A stretch of 64,000 bases of DNA. Origin: Lytechinus pictus (Eukaryota). Shown here in pieces: positions 27,535 to 40,384 of the stretch. The notes below the pieces were generated by a model. It did no database searches. It worked only from the letters and a program-made list of their open reading frames with translations, and had not been told where the DNA came from. Position numbers and translations under genes: made by a program. Location of the stretch: the NCBI RefSeq assembly GCF_037042905.1, contig NC_087252.1, forward strand, positions 8,744,001-8,808,000, read 5' to 3'. Numbering within the stretch: the first letter of the stretch is position 1; each line of letters starts with the position of its first letter.

Positions 27535-28121
27535 AGGGATGGTCCAGGCTGGAAACATATCTCAATAAATAGAGTAAAATTCACATAGCAAAATGCTGAA
27601 AACTTGATCAAAATTTGATAACTAATTAAGGTTTTGAATTTTAAAGATTTGCATTATTCCGGTGAAATAGTTCTAGGCATGTCTTTATGAATATTCATTA
27701 GGTTGGCTGATGATGTCATATCCCAATTGCCCTTTTGTATTTTATTATATGAGATTAGGTTTATTAAGATATTTTTAACCAAGAACTATTGACAATTGGA
27801 TTGACAACTGATTAGGTGCATTAGTTATTGACGCAACCTATTTCATTACAATGGAGACGCATCATTTACACGTGTATGAAAAAATCAAACATTTATGATT
27901 TCATCTAGTAACATAAAAAAAAGGAAAGTGGAGATGTGACATCAGCCCACCTAATGAATATTCATGACGAAGTGCATACAACTGTTTTCACAAAATATTG
28001 ATAAACTTTAAAATTCAATAACTTCTTGTTATCCTATTTTGATGAAATTTTCATCATTTTGCTCTGTGAATTTTACTCAAGTATTATTTAGATGTAAATA
28101 TTTTCGGCCCGGACCATCCCT
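27535..28121. mobile_element. Kolobok-like MITE, copy 1
   Basis: TTAA|AGGGATGGTCC...GGACCATCCCT|TTAA with long internal inverted arms. Confidence 0.85.
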
Positions 28122-29484
28122 TTAATCCTCGGATAAAATTTTGTATTTCATTTTTTTTTTTTTTGCTTTGTCTTGCGTTTTTAAACATGTTCTGGGAACT
28201 GCTTTTTGAAAGTTGTCAGCATTAACAAGTTGTCTTTTTCCGACAGTTACCATAGTAACAGTCAGAGGCCAGTGCTTCTCAGCCAATCAAAAGCAATGAT
28301 TTCACTGAAATAGTCGGCACTGACAATCATGAAATACCCATCAGATGTTAGCAGATAATGTGCAACATAGACTCCTAGATACATATATGCAAACATACAT
28401 AGTCTAAGTCTTTATTATTAAAATAAATGTATAGGTATAAGGTCGAGGCAATTTCATCTCTGCGATGTCAATTTCAGAAGTATTCCCAAGACCATGTGAA
28501 CTTACTATACATGTTGTAATAAAAATGATGATGTGCTGTCTATCATTTATAATTGAATCATTGAAATATGGAACTTAGAGAAGTTTCACTATCCCATGTA
28601 TTTTCTTTATGTGCAGATATAATTTTACACCACTGAAATTTTGTATTACGGTATTCACTGTACTTATTATTTTTCATTCCATTGGTTTTTTTCTTCTAAT
28701 CTTCAGATACATCGCATCTACCAGCAAAGATCAAGTGCCACTACAGGAAAGGAAGGTACCTGTTTCACGTTTCCTCTTCAGAGCCAGTGAGGGACCCAAG
28801 ATCTCAATAAATAATAATTAAAAAAAGACTCCTTTATCATTCCTTTAAAAATAGTACATATTATTTATTGAAGGTAAATGCTTAGATGCATTATATTCAA
28901 ATTTTGTCTCCAAGCTAGCATGTAAAAATTGGATTGACTACATATTTACTGTGTAAGTTAATGATCTTTGTTGACACATAATACAAGAATTATACACAGC
29001 ATGTTACAGTTTGTAACATAATTTTCTTTCATTAAATTCCTAGTTTAGATACCATATAGATGTTTTTTGTGACTTTTGTCATTCTCTGATGTTTTTTGGT
29101 ACAGATTTCAAGAGACTGAGGGATTGATTTACCAGAGCAAGTTTACAGTCCAATCCTGTTATATTGTGCATGTGGAAATTAACAAGGTTTCAATACAATG
29201 CTACAAATTTACCTTGATTCATTTCATCAGTCCTATGTGCAAGGATAATTATTTCACTTGTCCTTGCACATTGTTATAACAGGAGTGGACATTCAATGTA
29301 AAGATAATTGAAGATAATTTATAATTGAAATAACCGCCTGAGAGGGGGGGGGGGGGTGTTGGTACCAATATTCTAATGTGTGTGTGCGCAAGGAAAACGA
29401 AGGAGTGATTATACGAGAAGAGTAAAAGATCGGGAATGTACATATCCACATGATTCATTTTTGTTTATGCTATACATTGCAGGG

Positions 29485-30103
29485 TGTTTCTAACTGGTAC
29501 CACTTGACAATTTATGTTTCCAACTGGTCCTAACTGGTGCTTCCAACTTGTTCTAACTGGCACCAGTTGACAACTGGTGTTTCCAACTGGTTTTAACTGG
29601 CACCAGTTGACAACTCATGTTTCCAACTGGTCCTAACTGGCACCAGTTGACAATTGGTGTTTCCAACTGGTTTTAACTGGCACCAGTTGACACCTCATGT
29701 TTCAAAATGGTCCTAACTGGCACCAGTTGACAATTTGTGTTTCCAACTGGTTTTAACTGGCACCAGTTGACAACTCATGTTTCCAACTGGTCCTAACTGG
29801 CACCAGTTTACAATTGGTGTTTCCAACTGGTTTTAACTGGCACCAGTTGACAACTCATGTTTCCAACTGGTCCTAACTGGTACCAGTTAGGACCAGTTGT
29901 CAACTGGTACCAGTTGCTAACTGGTACCAGTTAGGACCAGTTGCCAACTGGTATTTCCAACTGGTACCAGTTACAATTTGTCAACTGGATTCCAGTTGAT
30001 TCCAGTATTCCAATTTCCATATTGAATCCAGTTCGCTAACTGGAATCAACTGGTACCAGTACCAGTTGGATGAACTGGTCCTTAACTGGTTTTTTGACCT
30101 GGG
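29485..30103. repeat. Right subterminal array, 40-bp units alternating as 80-bp dimers
   Basis: CCAACTGGTTTTAACTGGCACCAGTTGACAACTCATGTTT alternates with CCAACTGGTCCTAACTGGCACCAGTTGACAATTGGTGTTT. Confidence 0.9.
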
Positions 30104-31336
30104 ATTGTCTGCCTGCGTTTTGCGCTAGCATTATTAATGTAAGGAAGACCCCCAATTACTCCTTTTCATGATTTACAAAACATGAATAGAGTGTCTCGTT
30201 TGCAGGTCTAAATCTCGAAATTTTCCGCTCGCATCAATTGTTTATATATATACCTATTCTTTTTAAGTTTCAAAAAGTGCTTAGAATGTCCATTTTTAGG
30301 TCAAAATGTATTAAAAAATGTCAGCTCGCATTATTTATTTGTTGAAAAATGTAACGTCTTCAAGGCTAACTGCAAGAAGTCTGTTACAGCCTTTTCCATC
30401 AGTTCATTTCTGCTCGCACTTCGCGTTCGTAGTAATTCTTTAGTTGCATGTACATCTTTTTCAGGATAACTATTATTGCCCGTGCAGAATGTTCAAAATT
30501 TAGGAAAAATACATTAAAATTTCAACAACAAAAAATTAGCTCGCGCTTTGAGCTCGCATTATATGAATAAGGATTATGATATTATATATTCATGTTGATT
30601 TATTTAAGAATAAAGCTAGGAAGTTTCTATGAGGACTACCCCTTCAAAGAAACAAACAAAACTCATCTTCGAGCGGCCGATCGGGGAAAATATGGCTGAA
30701 AAAAAAAAATTCCGCCCCCCCCTTTTGGCGAAGGCTGGATCCGCCCTTGAGATGTAATGCTATTTTCTGAATACCATGTCAAAATCACTCTTAAAGTTAG
30801 ATTCTCATGATAAAATTATTTTTCTTCTCGCTCGATCGCTTCGCTCGCTCGGGACTTTTTGCGCGCGCTTTTTTGTACTTTTTCACGCATTGAGCATTTG
30901 AGCTTCACCTAATGCTCGGGGCACAATAATAAAAAAAATCCTGTTCATAACATGATATGACTGGGAAATTTTTGGCTCTTGCCCCTCTGGCCACCGACCC
31001 CTGTTACGCCCCTGGTTTTGTATACGAGGCGGTAGGCTCTGGCCCTGGCTTTGGACAGCTTCATTTTATCCCTACTACTAGTAGTAGACTTGTTCACTGC
31101 AAAAAAGGGGTGAACGCTGCTTTTTTTTTTGTACAAATGTGCCTCTTGGCATGTATATTCCTTGAACCCATTTGAAAATTTTTATCCAAAGAGACACTCT
31201 GTATCTATGCAAATTAACCCTAATTAGCATAAATTATGTAAATTAGCCTCTAAAATGAGTAATTTACTAAAAACACTTGTAAACATGTAAAGCTACTTCA
31301 AAGAAATGTCCAATTTGATGCAAAGCGTTTGTGGAA

Positions 31337-32818
31337 CCCTGAAGGAAAAACTAGTTAGACCAGTATTTTTTTAAAATGGTTTCCAGTATATTTTTACTGG
31401 TTTCCAGTATTATTTTACTGGGCCAGGTGATTTTTAAGTGGACCAGTAAAAATCAACTGGAAACCAGTTCCATGCAGTTCAGGCAAAGTAGTAATACCAG
31501 TTAAACTATTTTTCATCAAACTGGTGTATGCTGGACCAGTATAACCAGTATTTTTTTACTGGTTTCCAGTATAATTTTACTGGGCCAGGTGATTTTTAAC
31601 TGGACCAGTAAAAATCAACTGGAAACCAGTTCCATGCAGGTCAGGCAAAGTAGTAATACCAGTTAAATTGTTTTTCATCAAACTGGTGTATGCTGGACCA
31701 GTATAACCAGTATTTTTTTTTTACTGGTTTCCAGTATAATTTTACTGGGCCAGTTCCATCATTGTATATACCAGTTCAAGCAAAGTAGTAATACCAGTTA
31801 ACCTGTTTTTCATCAAACTGGTGTTACTGGACCAGTATTTTTTTGTATTGGTTTCCAGTATATTTTTTACTGGGCCAGTTGATTTTAACTGGACCAGTAA
31901 AAATCAAATGAAGACCAGTTTTATCAAATGTATTATCATTATTATTATTATTATTATTATTCTTATTATTATTATTACCATTGTTATTATTATTACTATT
32001 ATTATTATCATTATTATTATTATCATTATTATCATTGCTGTTGTTATCTATTTTATTATAGATATTATTATTATTGATATTATAATTATATTTTATAAAT
32101 TCTATTATTATTTTGATAATTATCACTGTAAGTTTCGTTATGCTTTCGATAAAAAAAATATATATTTACCTGATAAGTCAACAGTCTAATTCCAATCCTT
32201 GTTTGAAATAAAATTACTAACTGGTCATGACCAGTTATACCAGTAATTCTGATTGTGCTGATCACGTGGTTTACCTAATTTGCATATTTCAAATTTTTTA
32301 CAAAAAATCATTATTTAAAATGAAATATCCATGCAATGGCACTCATTGTTTTTTATTACGTTCTAAATAAATGTGTGCACTAATTCAAAATAAAAATGTG
32401 TAATTTTGCATTACATATTTAGAATAACAGCAGAAAGATGAAGTTACTAACCATCTTTTCCACCACATTTCACTGATCATGATATACTGCATAAGCAACC
32501 AAACGCATATGACACATTGATCCAGAGCACCAGTTCCACCAGTAGGAAATACCAGTAACACCAGTTGAGTTGGGTACCAGTTTACAACGCCAGTTTAGGC
32601 CACTGAGACCAGTAACAGACTTCAGTTTCAAAATTGCAGTTAAAAATTAACTGGAGACCAGTAATTCAAGACCAATTTAATTTTTAACTGGTCCAGTATA
32701 ATTTTAACTGGACCAGTACGACCAGTTAGACCAGTAAACCGGTGTTCCAATTTCCAGAGTTACCAGTTAAAATTCTACTAGTCGAACTGGTCCAGTTGAA
32801 CTGGTTCTTCCTTCTGGG
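31337..32818. mobile_element. EnSpm/CMC-like non-autonomous element with CCAGT arrays and an internal (ATT)n tract
   Basis: CCCTGAAGGAAAAACTAGTT...AACTGGTTCTTCCTTCTGGG; 2-bp TSD AA; ~165-bp duplicated subterminal unit; (ATT)n at 31930-32120. Confidence 0.75.
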
Positions 32819-33281
32819 AAGTAGCATAAGAAAACTAATGAAAAAAGAATGCGGTAACCATACATTTCATTACCTAATTTGCATAAATTATACACATTTT
32901 CAATAAAAAGTGCCTCTTTTTCAAATGATTCTGGATAATCTAAATTGAATAAAACTAGCAATAAATGTGGTATGTAAATAATAAATGGTAGGAATGTGTC
33001 TAAGGGTTTGGGAAAGACATTGGAAAAACGAACTTTTTGAAATATGCAAATAATCTCTAATTACCGTAATTTATGCATAAAACTGCAAAATGCTTTGAAC
33101 ATTAGAAAATCCGCCTTAATAGTAAAACATGTCTTGCTCGGGAAAATCTAATTATGATGAAAGGAAAGGAAACTGTACATGAAAAAACTATTTCTTTGTA
33201 ATATTCAATATTTGCGTTAAATTCATTTGTTTGTGATATTTTTAGTGCGTAATTTGCATAAATTATGCAAATTAGTACTAT

Positions 33282-33497
33282 GGAGGCGCGATAGCTCAGT
33301 CGGTAGAGCGGGGGACTCGTATTCCGGTGACCCGGGTTCGATTCCCACTTGGTGCGCTAGTGCCCTTTGGTAAGGCATTAATCCTCAGTACCAGGTCCTT
33401 CGGAGGGGACCTTAAGCCGTCGGTCCTCTGGTTGCTTGCTTACAAGCATTCATGCTTTCTTAGCAATCAGGTAAAAATCACCACCAATCAATATCAA
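33282..33497 (+). mobile_element. tRNA-derived SINE (family B)
   Basis: A box TAGCTCAGTCGG, B box GGTTCGATTCC, (AATC)-type tail; near-identical inverted copy at 52225-52451. Confidence 0.88.
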
Positions 33498-35197
33498 GCT
33501 TTTGTGTGATTTTGAATGATCTGAATTTAATAAATAATGATATATGTTTTAAATAGGGTTACTAGAAAGTATTCAGGCACAAGGGATTCACTACATCTTT
33601 GCAAATGACCACTTATTACCATAAATACATATTAATGAGTTAACCTATATACTACTTCCATGAATAGTGTAAAAAACTTCAATCACCAAAATTTTACTAA
33701 GTACTAACTTTCTATGGATGTAGGAAAATAATACATTTACCAACGGGCTGGTTAACCATCCATATTGTCGTCTAATTTGCATAAATTATTATGCATAAAT
33801 TGCCATACATTATGCAAATTCGAATACAACATGGCTAATTTTCGCAGTTTTTACCTGATTCCCAATTAAAATGTGGCAAAACTAAAATTAACGTTCATAT
33901 TATGACATGAAGAGAAAAGTAAATACAGATGTAGATACAACTTTTAATATTTTGCTCATTATACAACTGGTATAATTATATAGTTCAAGACTGTGTATTA
34001 TTTAATTGCTTGTATCAACTGAATTGATTCTCTTCTAACATCTACATGGGGATTATATTTACAAACGTTGGTCCCACAGTTAAAGAAACTTTTAGAGTTC
34101 ACAGTCTGAAACTTTAAGAGTTTCCTAAACGCTGCGATGCCACATTTAGCAAAACTAATTTTATATTTATGAAACCTCTTCTGCTCTTGGAAAAATAGAG
34201 AAAGACAGAAAAGGTTTCTATGAATGCTTATTTTGAGCCATGTTTTAGTCAAACGAGTTACTTACATACGATGTTATTCAAGGAACTCTGCACTTCAAAC
34301 ATTTTCTTGTTTATATGCTTAGTTCCTACTTTGTATTTATATCATTATTATCAATGTAACATTATCATGTCAATTAATGGAGAAAAATAAAACATTGCTA
34401 TGCATGTTACATGCATTGACGTTCTGGTAACCGAAGCCTAATCCCATTAAGAGCCTCTCGAAGGTACTCTCCATCCCTTTCTCAATATTAAGAGTTATAT
34501 GATTTTTATTCGAAATTATCGCTATCATTTCCTCTGATCTTTTGAAAAAAAAAGACAAAGACGTCCTGGTACATTGAAGCCTATATAGACCCTTTACTAT
34601 ATTTACGTTGCTTGTCAAAGTAGCCCCATCACTTTTCTTTGACTCTATTAGTCTATTTAAAATATCTGCATGTTAATATCACCCCTTCTGTAATAGGGGC
34701 GCTTTTGCTGAATATTAAATCAGCTTTCATTTTCATTAACGTCCAGGAGGCATAAAGATTAAATTCCTGTAAACAATAAAGCCTATCCCCATCGAAACCT
34801 ATAAGAAGTAATACGACTAATTATCTTATTAATTACATTTCTGCAAATTCTGCTACACTGTATAATACTTCAATACTTATTGTTCTCTTGGATGAGAAAT
34901 AGAAGACCTTATACTCTACTGGTTTCATTAGCATTTGGAACATCAAAGTCTTTCCCAAAAGGAGCCCCCATGGCATTTCTAGTACACGGGCACACATCAA
35001 AATATATTATTGTGCGTAACATAGAAACGTATTCTTCAATTTAGATGGGTATTGGTACATTTTTAACTATATCAATAATTGTAATACAAAATATGAAGAG
35101 ATTCCATTGGGAAAGGTGCCTATGTTTCCATTAGCTAGCCATGGTAACTATTAACAAGTAAGAGGAATGTTTTTTGCCCCAAAGGGGGTTTAAAAAG

Positions 35198-37567
35198 CAT
35201 GGGTGTCGATCACGGGGGGGATGGGGGGGATATATCCCCCCCCAATATTTCAAGTGGGGGGGGGGGGGTGGCCTGTATTATCATCCCCCCCCCAATAACT
35301 TAGGGTAGAAAATTTATAACAATGATGAAAAAATGTAAATGTTTGATCATGATGATTATAGTGATGATTATAGTATGCCATCAATCAGTTTGTTTCCCTC
35401 GCAATTTGTGTATATTGTTATTAAATTAAAACATTCTTTTCCAGGACTTTTAAACAGATTGGAGGAGGTTCAAGATGAAAAAGAATGAAATGTTGACGTA
35501 TATGATATTTTTTAACACATGACATAAAAGGACCCCGACGAAAAACAACTTTTGTTGATAGGGTGTTCCATCCCACCAGTGGTAATATGATCATATTTTT
35601 ACAATTTTTAATAAGTGAAATCAATTAATGGTTTCAGAAAGAATAATCATTCATTTCTCTCTAAAGCGTATCTTCGGATATGAACATCGGATTTTTTCCC
35701 CTTGTTATTCTTGTTATTGTTATGGACTTGAATAACTAAACTTGATTGGCTCTTTCTTATTTTGGCAAAAAGAAATCTCTTTTGAGTTTGGAGAGGGATG
35801 ACAGTTTTGCATTCTATATGAGCACACTCATGCGGTACGTAAATTTCATTTTAACACATATATTAGCTGATATTACACACTGATGGTTCAAGAAAATGTT
35901 GGAGAAATATCATAACTGACAGTTGAGTTTTTATTGTTTTTATTTTTTGTTTTATGCACTTATAAAGCATTTAAAACATGTTAAAATCCAGGGATAAAAT
36001 CGTCTAAGGAATGACGGTAAGCCCGATGGCGCACGAGAAGCCACACAGTTTGTAATTTGTGCTAGTCTTAATTTGTCCGAAACTGCATTTTATCATCATG
36101 CATTAAGAAGAAAAAAGATATCGCCAGTCGGTTTAGATTTAAGAGAGAAGTTGTATACATCATGTCCAATAAACAGATCACTTTGTACATGGTCCAGACA
36201 ATTTTTGTCATTTTTTCTTTCGTATGAGTTTAGAATAGGCTTTCTTGTAACACAAATTGAATTTTCAAAAAAAAATTATAAGTACAGTACACTGCAATAA
36301 TGAAAGAATTTCCAAGAACACAGTGGCGTAACTACGGGGGGGGGGGGGCATGGGGGCACATGCCCCCCAATCGGCTGGCCCAAAAAAAAAAACGGGGAAG
36401 AGGAGAAAGGAAGAGAAACGTAGTGGGAATGAAGAAATTATTGTTCATTATAATGTTATATTATAATAATGTTATGTTATAATACATAAGAAACATTTTT
36501 TCATAACTTTATTTTGCTCAGGCCTAGATTTCTTCATTGTTCCCGGTACTCGCATTGTCTGTTTAACATTTTAAAGTCAATATACACCAAATATATTTCC
36601 TCACACTTCGACTTATTATTGTTTTATGTAGTGACATATGGTTCTTTTTCATGAATACTTAAAGTGATTGCCCCATTTTAAGGTGTTAATATAAAACATT
36701 TCCTGTCAGTGCTTACGTTCGCACTGTACTAGTAGATTGGTGAGATATGACTGCTCTTCATGAATTCCTAAAAGTCAGTCCTTAAAATGTCCCTTTTTAC
36801 GATCTGAATATCAAAAATTTTCGATCGCATCATTTGTTTAGTGAAATACGTATCGTATGGTCTTAGTGAATTCTTACAAACAGGCCTTAGAATGCCTCTC
36901 TTCAGGTCTGAATATCCTAAATTTTCAGCTCGCGCTTTGCGCTCGCAATATTTGATGAGTGAGATGCGTATTATCATGATTACAATGACTACAAAAAGTG
37001 ATTCATGTGTTTAGATGTAGCAAAATCAGCAAGCGCTTTGCACTCGCATAAGATGACTATGGTGAGATATGTATACTCTTAATGGATTCCTAAAATATAG
37101 TCCTTAACATGTCCTTGTTTGGGGTAAATATTTACAAAAATTTCAGCTCGCGCTTCGCGCTCGCATTGTTTGTTTAGCGAGACAGGTATGTATCATGATT
37201 ACAAAAAATTGCTTATAATGTCCTTTTTTGGTCTGCATATCAAAAATTTTCAGCTCGCGCTTTGCGCTCGCATTATTTGAGCAGTGAGATACATATCCGT
37301 TTAATGGCACTGTCCTTAAAATGTCCCTATCAGTATACCTGGCAACGGAGCGCGCTTCGCGCGCTCACTAAGTGACTCAAAAATTTTGCTGGTACCCCCC
37401 CCCATGCCGTGACTCACGGTACGCCACTGCAAGAACACCATGCATATCAACCACTCCCAAATGTCCTAACTTGTGATTTTAGTAGGGGTAATGTTGAAAG
37501 ATCCCCATCCACAAGAACATTTGTGTCAATCATCCCCCCCAACCAAGAATACCGATCGACACCCATG
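35198..37567. mobile_element. hAT-like non-autonomous element with 8-bp TSD
   Basis: CATGGGTGTCGATC...GATCGACACCCATG; TTAAAAAG duplicated on both sides. Confidence 0.85.
36321..37429. mobile_element. hAT-like element nested in the previous one, with the internal CGCGC tandem array
   Basis: CAGTGGCGTA...TACGCCACTG; TSD CAAGAACA. Confidence 0.88.
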
Positions 37568-39639
37568 TTAAAAAGTGTAGTATGGAAAGGAGTGGGGAAC
37601 CATGAAGGTACGCTCTGTATCATGAATTTTCTACATGCAACTTGTGAAATGATGCCTCCTATAGATCTTTACCAGGATGGTTTATCTAATATGTAATTGT
37701 GGGGGTACTATGACGGGCAAACGATGTTGGATATGTTTCAATGTGCCGGATTTTCTCTACCTGTAACTTGCAGACAGGCAGAGTGTCCCCTCTATGTTTT
37801 TTAAGAAATCATTTTAAAAAATGGAAGTGACCTTTCCATGTAGAAAAATGACGTTTTGTCAAAATTGAGGGTTCCAAAAGGACGCTAGTTTCAAACATAG
37901 AGTCAAATGCGGAATGAGACGTAATACATTCGACATGCAGGCTCCTTTATGGAATGGGATCTAATGAACTAACATGAAATCGACAGAGCCACTTCTTTTC
38001 TATATATTAAACAGAGGTTCCATAAATCTAGAATTTGCTTTGATAGGTACTAAAGACGCCTTTTTGCCACAGTTGGGGCTACGAAAACATGAAATATTTC
38101 AATATAGTCAAAATATGAAAAGGGATAGGGAACTAGCTCCCTTAGAAGTAGGCTTTAATTTGACAGAATTTCTTATTTATATAACCTGTACACTAGAACA
38201 ATGTCTCCTCCAGGGCATTGTGAACGATTTTTACAGGGGGTGCTGAAAAGCAAAAAAAAGGTTCACTATAAAATGAAGGTCACTTTGGGCCCAAGAAATT
38301 TAACAAGCAAAGAAACAAAAGGATTGCACTGCAAAATTAAGGTTATTTTGGTAACGGTTTTTTTTTCGTTTTGTCACATCTGCCGGAATTCCAGGGGGTG
38401 ATGTATGTGGAGAATAATACACGCAATACCCCCTCCCTCCAAAACCTTGAGGGTGCTTCAGCCCCTGCTTACAGTGCCAGGGCCTCCTCTATCGTTACAA
38501 ATGCTGCTTTTAATAAGTGCCCTTTTCCAGATGAGGGCTTCATTAAGACGATATTTTCAATATACATTGTCAAAATAAAATCAGGGTGGGGCAAATTCGA
38601 CAGGCCCCCGTAATGTACACTAACTTATTTTCATGGGATATAAAACAATGCCTTCTCTGTTTTTCCAAGAGGAGAATGTAAAGCGGCTTTACTGTGTAGT
38701 ATAAATGCATCTTTCTTCCGAAAGGGGCACTAAAGGGGTTGGGGTAGTTTTTGAGCTCACATGTGGCTGTTCTTCGATCAATGTACCACAGCTCCTCTAC
38801 ATGTCACTTCAGAGTATTTTCTCCTCAATCTATTCCAAGATATCAATACAAACAAAAGTAATTTTTGGGGAGTACTAAAGACAATAAATTATTTTCAAAT
38901 ACATAAAATCAAAAGGGGAAAGGGTACCCTAGGCATGCTCATGTTGGGTTATTGCCTTTACTGTGCTATAGAGCATTATTGCAAACTGCAGAGTAAATAA
39001 AAGAGGTTCCCTAAATATAAAAGTTGCTTTAACAAATACGCCATTTGCCTTGCCGATGGCTTTAAAAACACGATATTTTCATATAGTGTTGAAATACGGA
39101 GAGAGGTGGGGGTAGATTCGCGGTGGGGGGGGGGGGGGGCTCCCGTGGGCGTAGGCTTAAATAAACGAAAAAAAATCTTTAGGAAACATGTTGACTGATG
39201 TATCATAATTCTTTTCCAAGTCGATGATACAAGTAAAACTGGCTTTGTAAAGTAGCAGGAATCCATGAGTGTGACTGTGACATAGAGGTTTGTTTTGGTC
39301 TCGTTTTAGCGCAATATCACGTAATACATTTTTGACATATTTGCCCTCTTTCTAAGCAAATTAAGACACTAATACTGTCATGAAGCATATCAATGTTTTC
39401 GCTAATATATTATCTTTCTTGTAGAATGTTGACATTGTGCATTAATTGCTGTTATTTATAAAACAGTTCAGGATTCATGAAAAAATACTCTTTTTAAAAT
39501 TATGATTTGCATAATTTATGTAAATTAGGTAATAGTAAACAAGGATATCCCAATAATTTCAAGACAGTTTTCTTCCCTTTCTGACCTAAAGTCTTTGTTT
39601 CCTATTTAAGAGTAGTTCTGGTTAAATATATATTCTAAA

Positions 39640-40213
39640 AGGGATGGTCCAGGCTGAAAATATTTATATCTTAATACATAGAGTAGAATGCACTGAGCAA
39701 TATGCCGAAAATTTCATCAAAATCGGATAACAAATAATAAAGTTATTGAAGTTTAAAGATTAGCAACATTTTGTGAAAACAGTCGTCATGAATATTCATT
39801 AAGTGGGCTCACATCTCCACTTTCCGTTTTCTTATGTTATTACATAAAATCATATTTTTTTCATTATTTCATACTTGTGTGAATAATATGTCTCCCTTAT
39901 AATGAAATAAGTTGCAGCAATAAATATCTCATGCACTGAATCAGTTGTCAATCCAATTTTTCTAGTTCTTGGAGGAAAAAAATTGAATAAACCTAATTTC
40001 ATATAATAAAATACAAAAGAACAAGTGGGGATGTGACATCATCAGCCCACCTAATGAATATTCATGACAACTGTTTTCACAAAATATTGCTAAACTTTAA
40101 AATTTAATAACTTTGTTATTTGTTATCCGATTTTGATGAATTTTTTTGCATTTTGCTCAGTGAATTCTACTCTATTTATTAAGCTATAAATACTTTCAGC
40201 CCGGACCATCCCT
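39640..40213. mobile_element. Kolobok-like MITE, copy 2
   Basis: Same TIRs as 27535-28121; TAAA/TTAA flanks. Confidence 0.85.
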
Positions 40214-40384
40214 TTAAATACTTGTTTTCACTATATCGACATAATATGCAAATTTATGCAAATTACTTGCTTATTTGCATAGATACAGCATGTCTCTTTG
40301 GATGAATCTTTTTCTTTTGACTCAAGGAACATTTGTGCCAAGTGGGACATTTGTACTAAAAAATGCAGCGTTCAACGTCTACTA

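Larger units (their letters stand above)
21991..30103. mobile_element. 8.1 kb non-autonomous EnSpm/CMC-like element with subterminal CCAGTT arrays
   Basis: Ends CCAGGTAAAAAAAACCAGTT... and ...AACTGGTTTTTTGACCTGGG; interrupts a unit of the CGCGC repeat family. TSD not confirmed (AA vs AT). Confidence 0.75.
31082..40384. mobile_element. ~9.3 kb old element with TAG..CTA termini and >100-bp imperfect TIRs (Academ-like), heavily nested
   Basis: TAGTAGAC..TGAACGCTGC..GTACAAATGT..CTTGGCA..TTCCTTGA..ATCCAAAGAGACA..CTGTATCTATGCAAAT at 31082-31215 mirrors 40270-40384. Many ATGCAAAT/ATTTGCAT motifs near both ends. No clear TSD. Confidence 0.65.

Noticed and set aside
21991..30103. CRISPR-like appearance of the CCAGTT arrays
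   Set aside because: Eukaryotic context, tandem units without unique spacers, and no cas genes.
31821..32189. Poly-Ile and poly-Asn ORFs
   Set aside because: Translation of an (ATT)n microsatellite.
33282..33355. tRNA gene (also 19534, 52380, 53406 and 58826)
   Set aside because: The A/B boxes are followed by SINE bodies and simple-repeat tails, with no proper acceptor stem or adjacent Pol III terminator.
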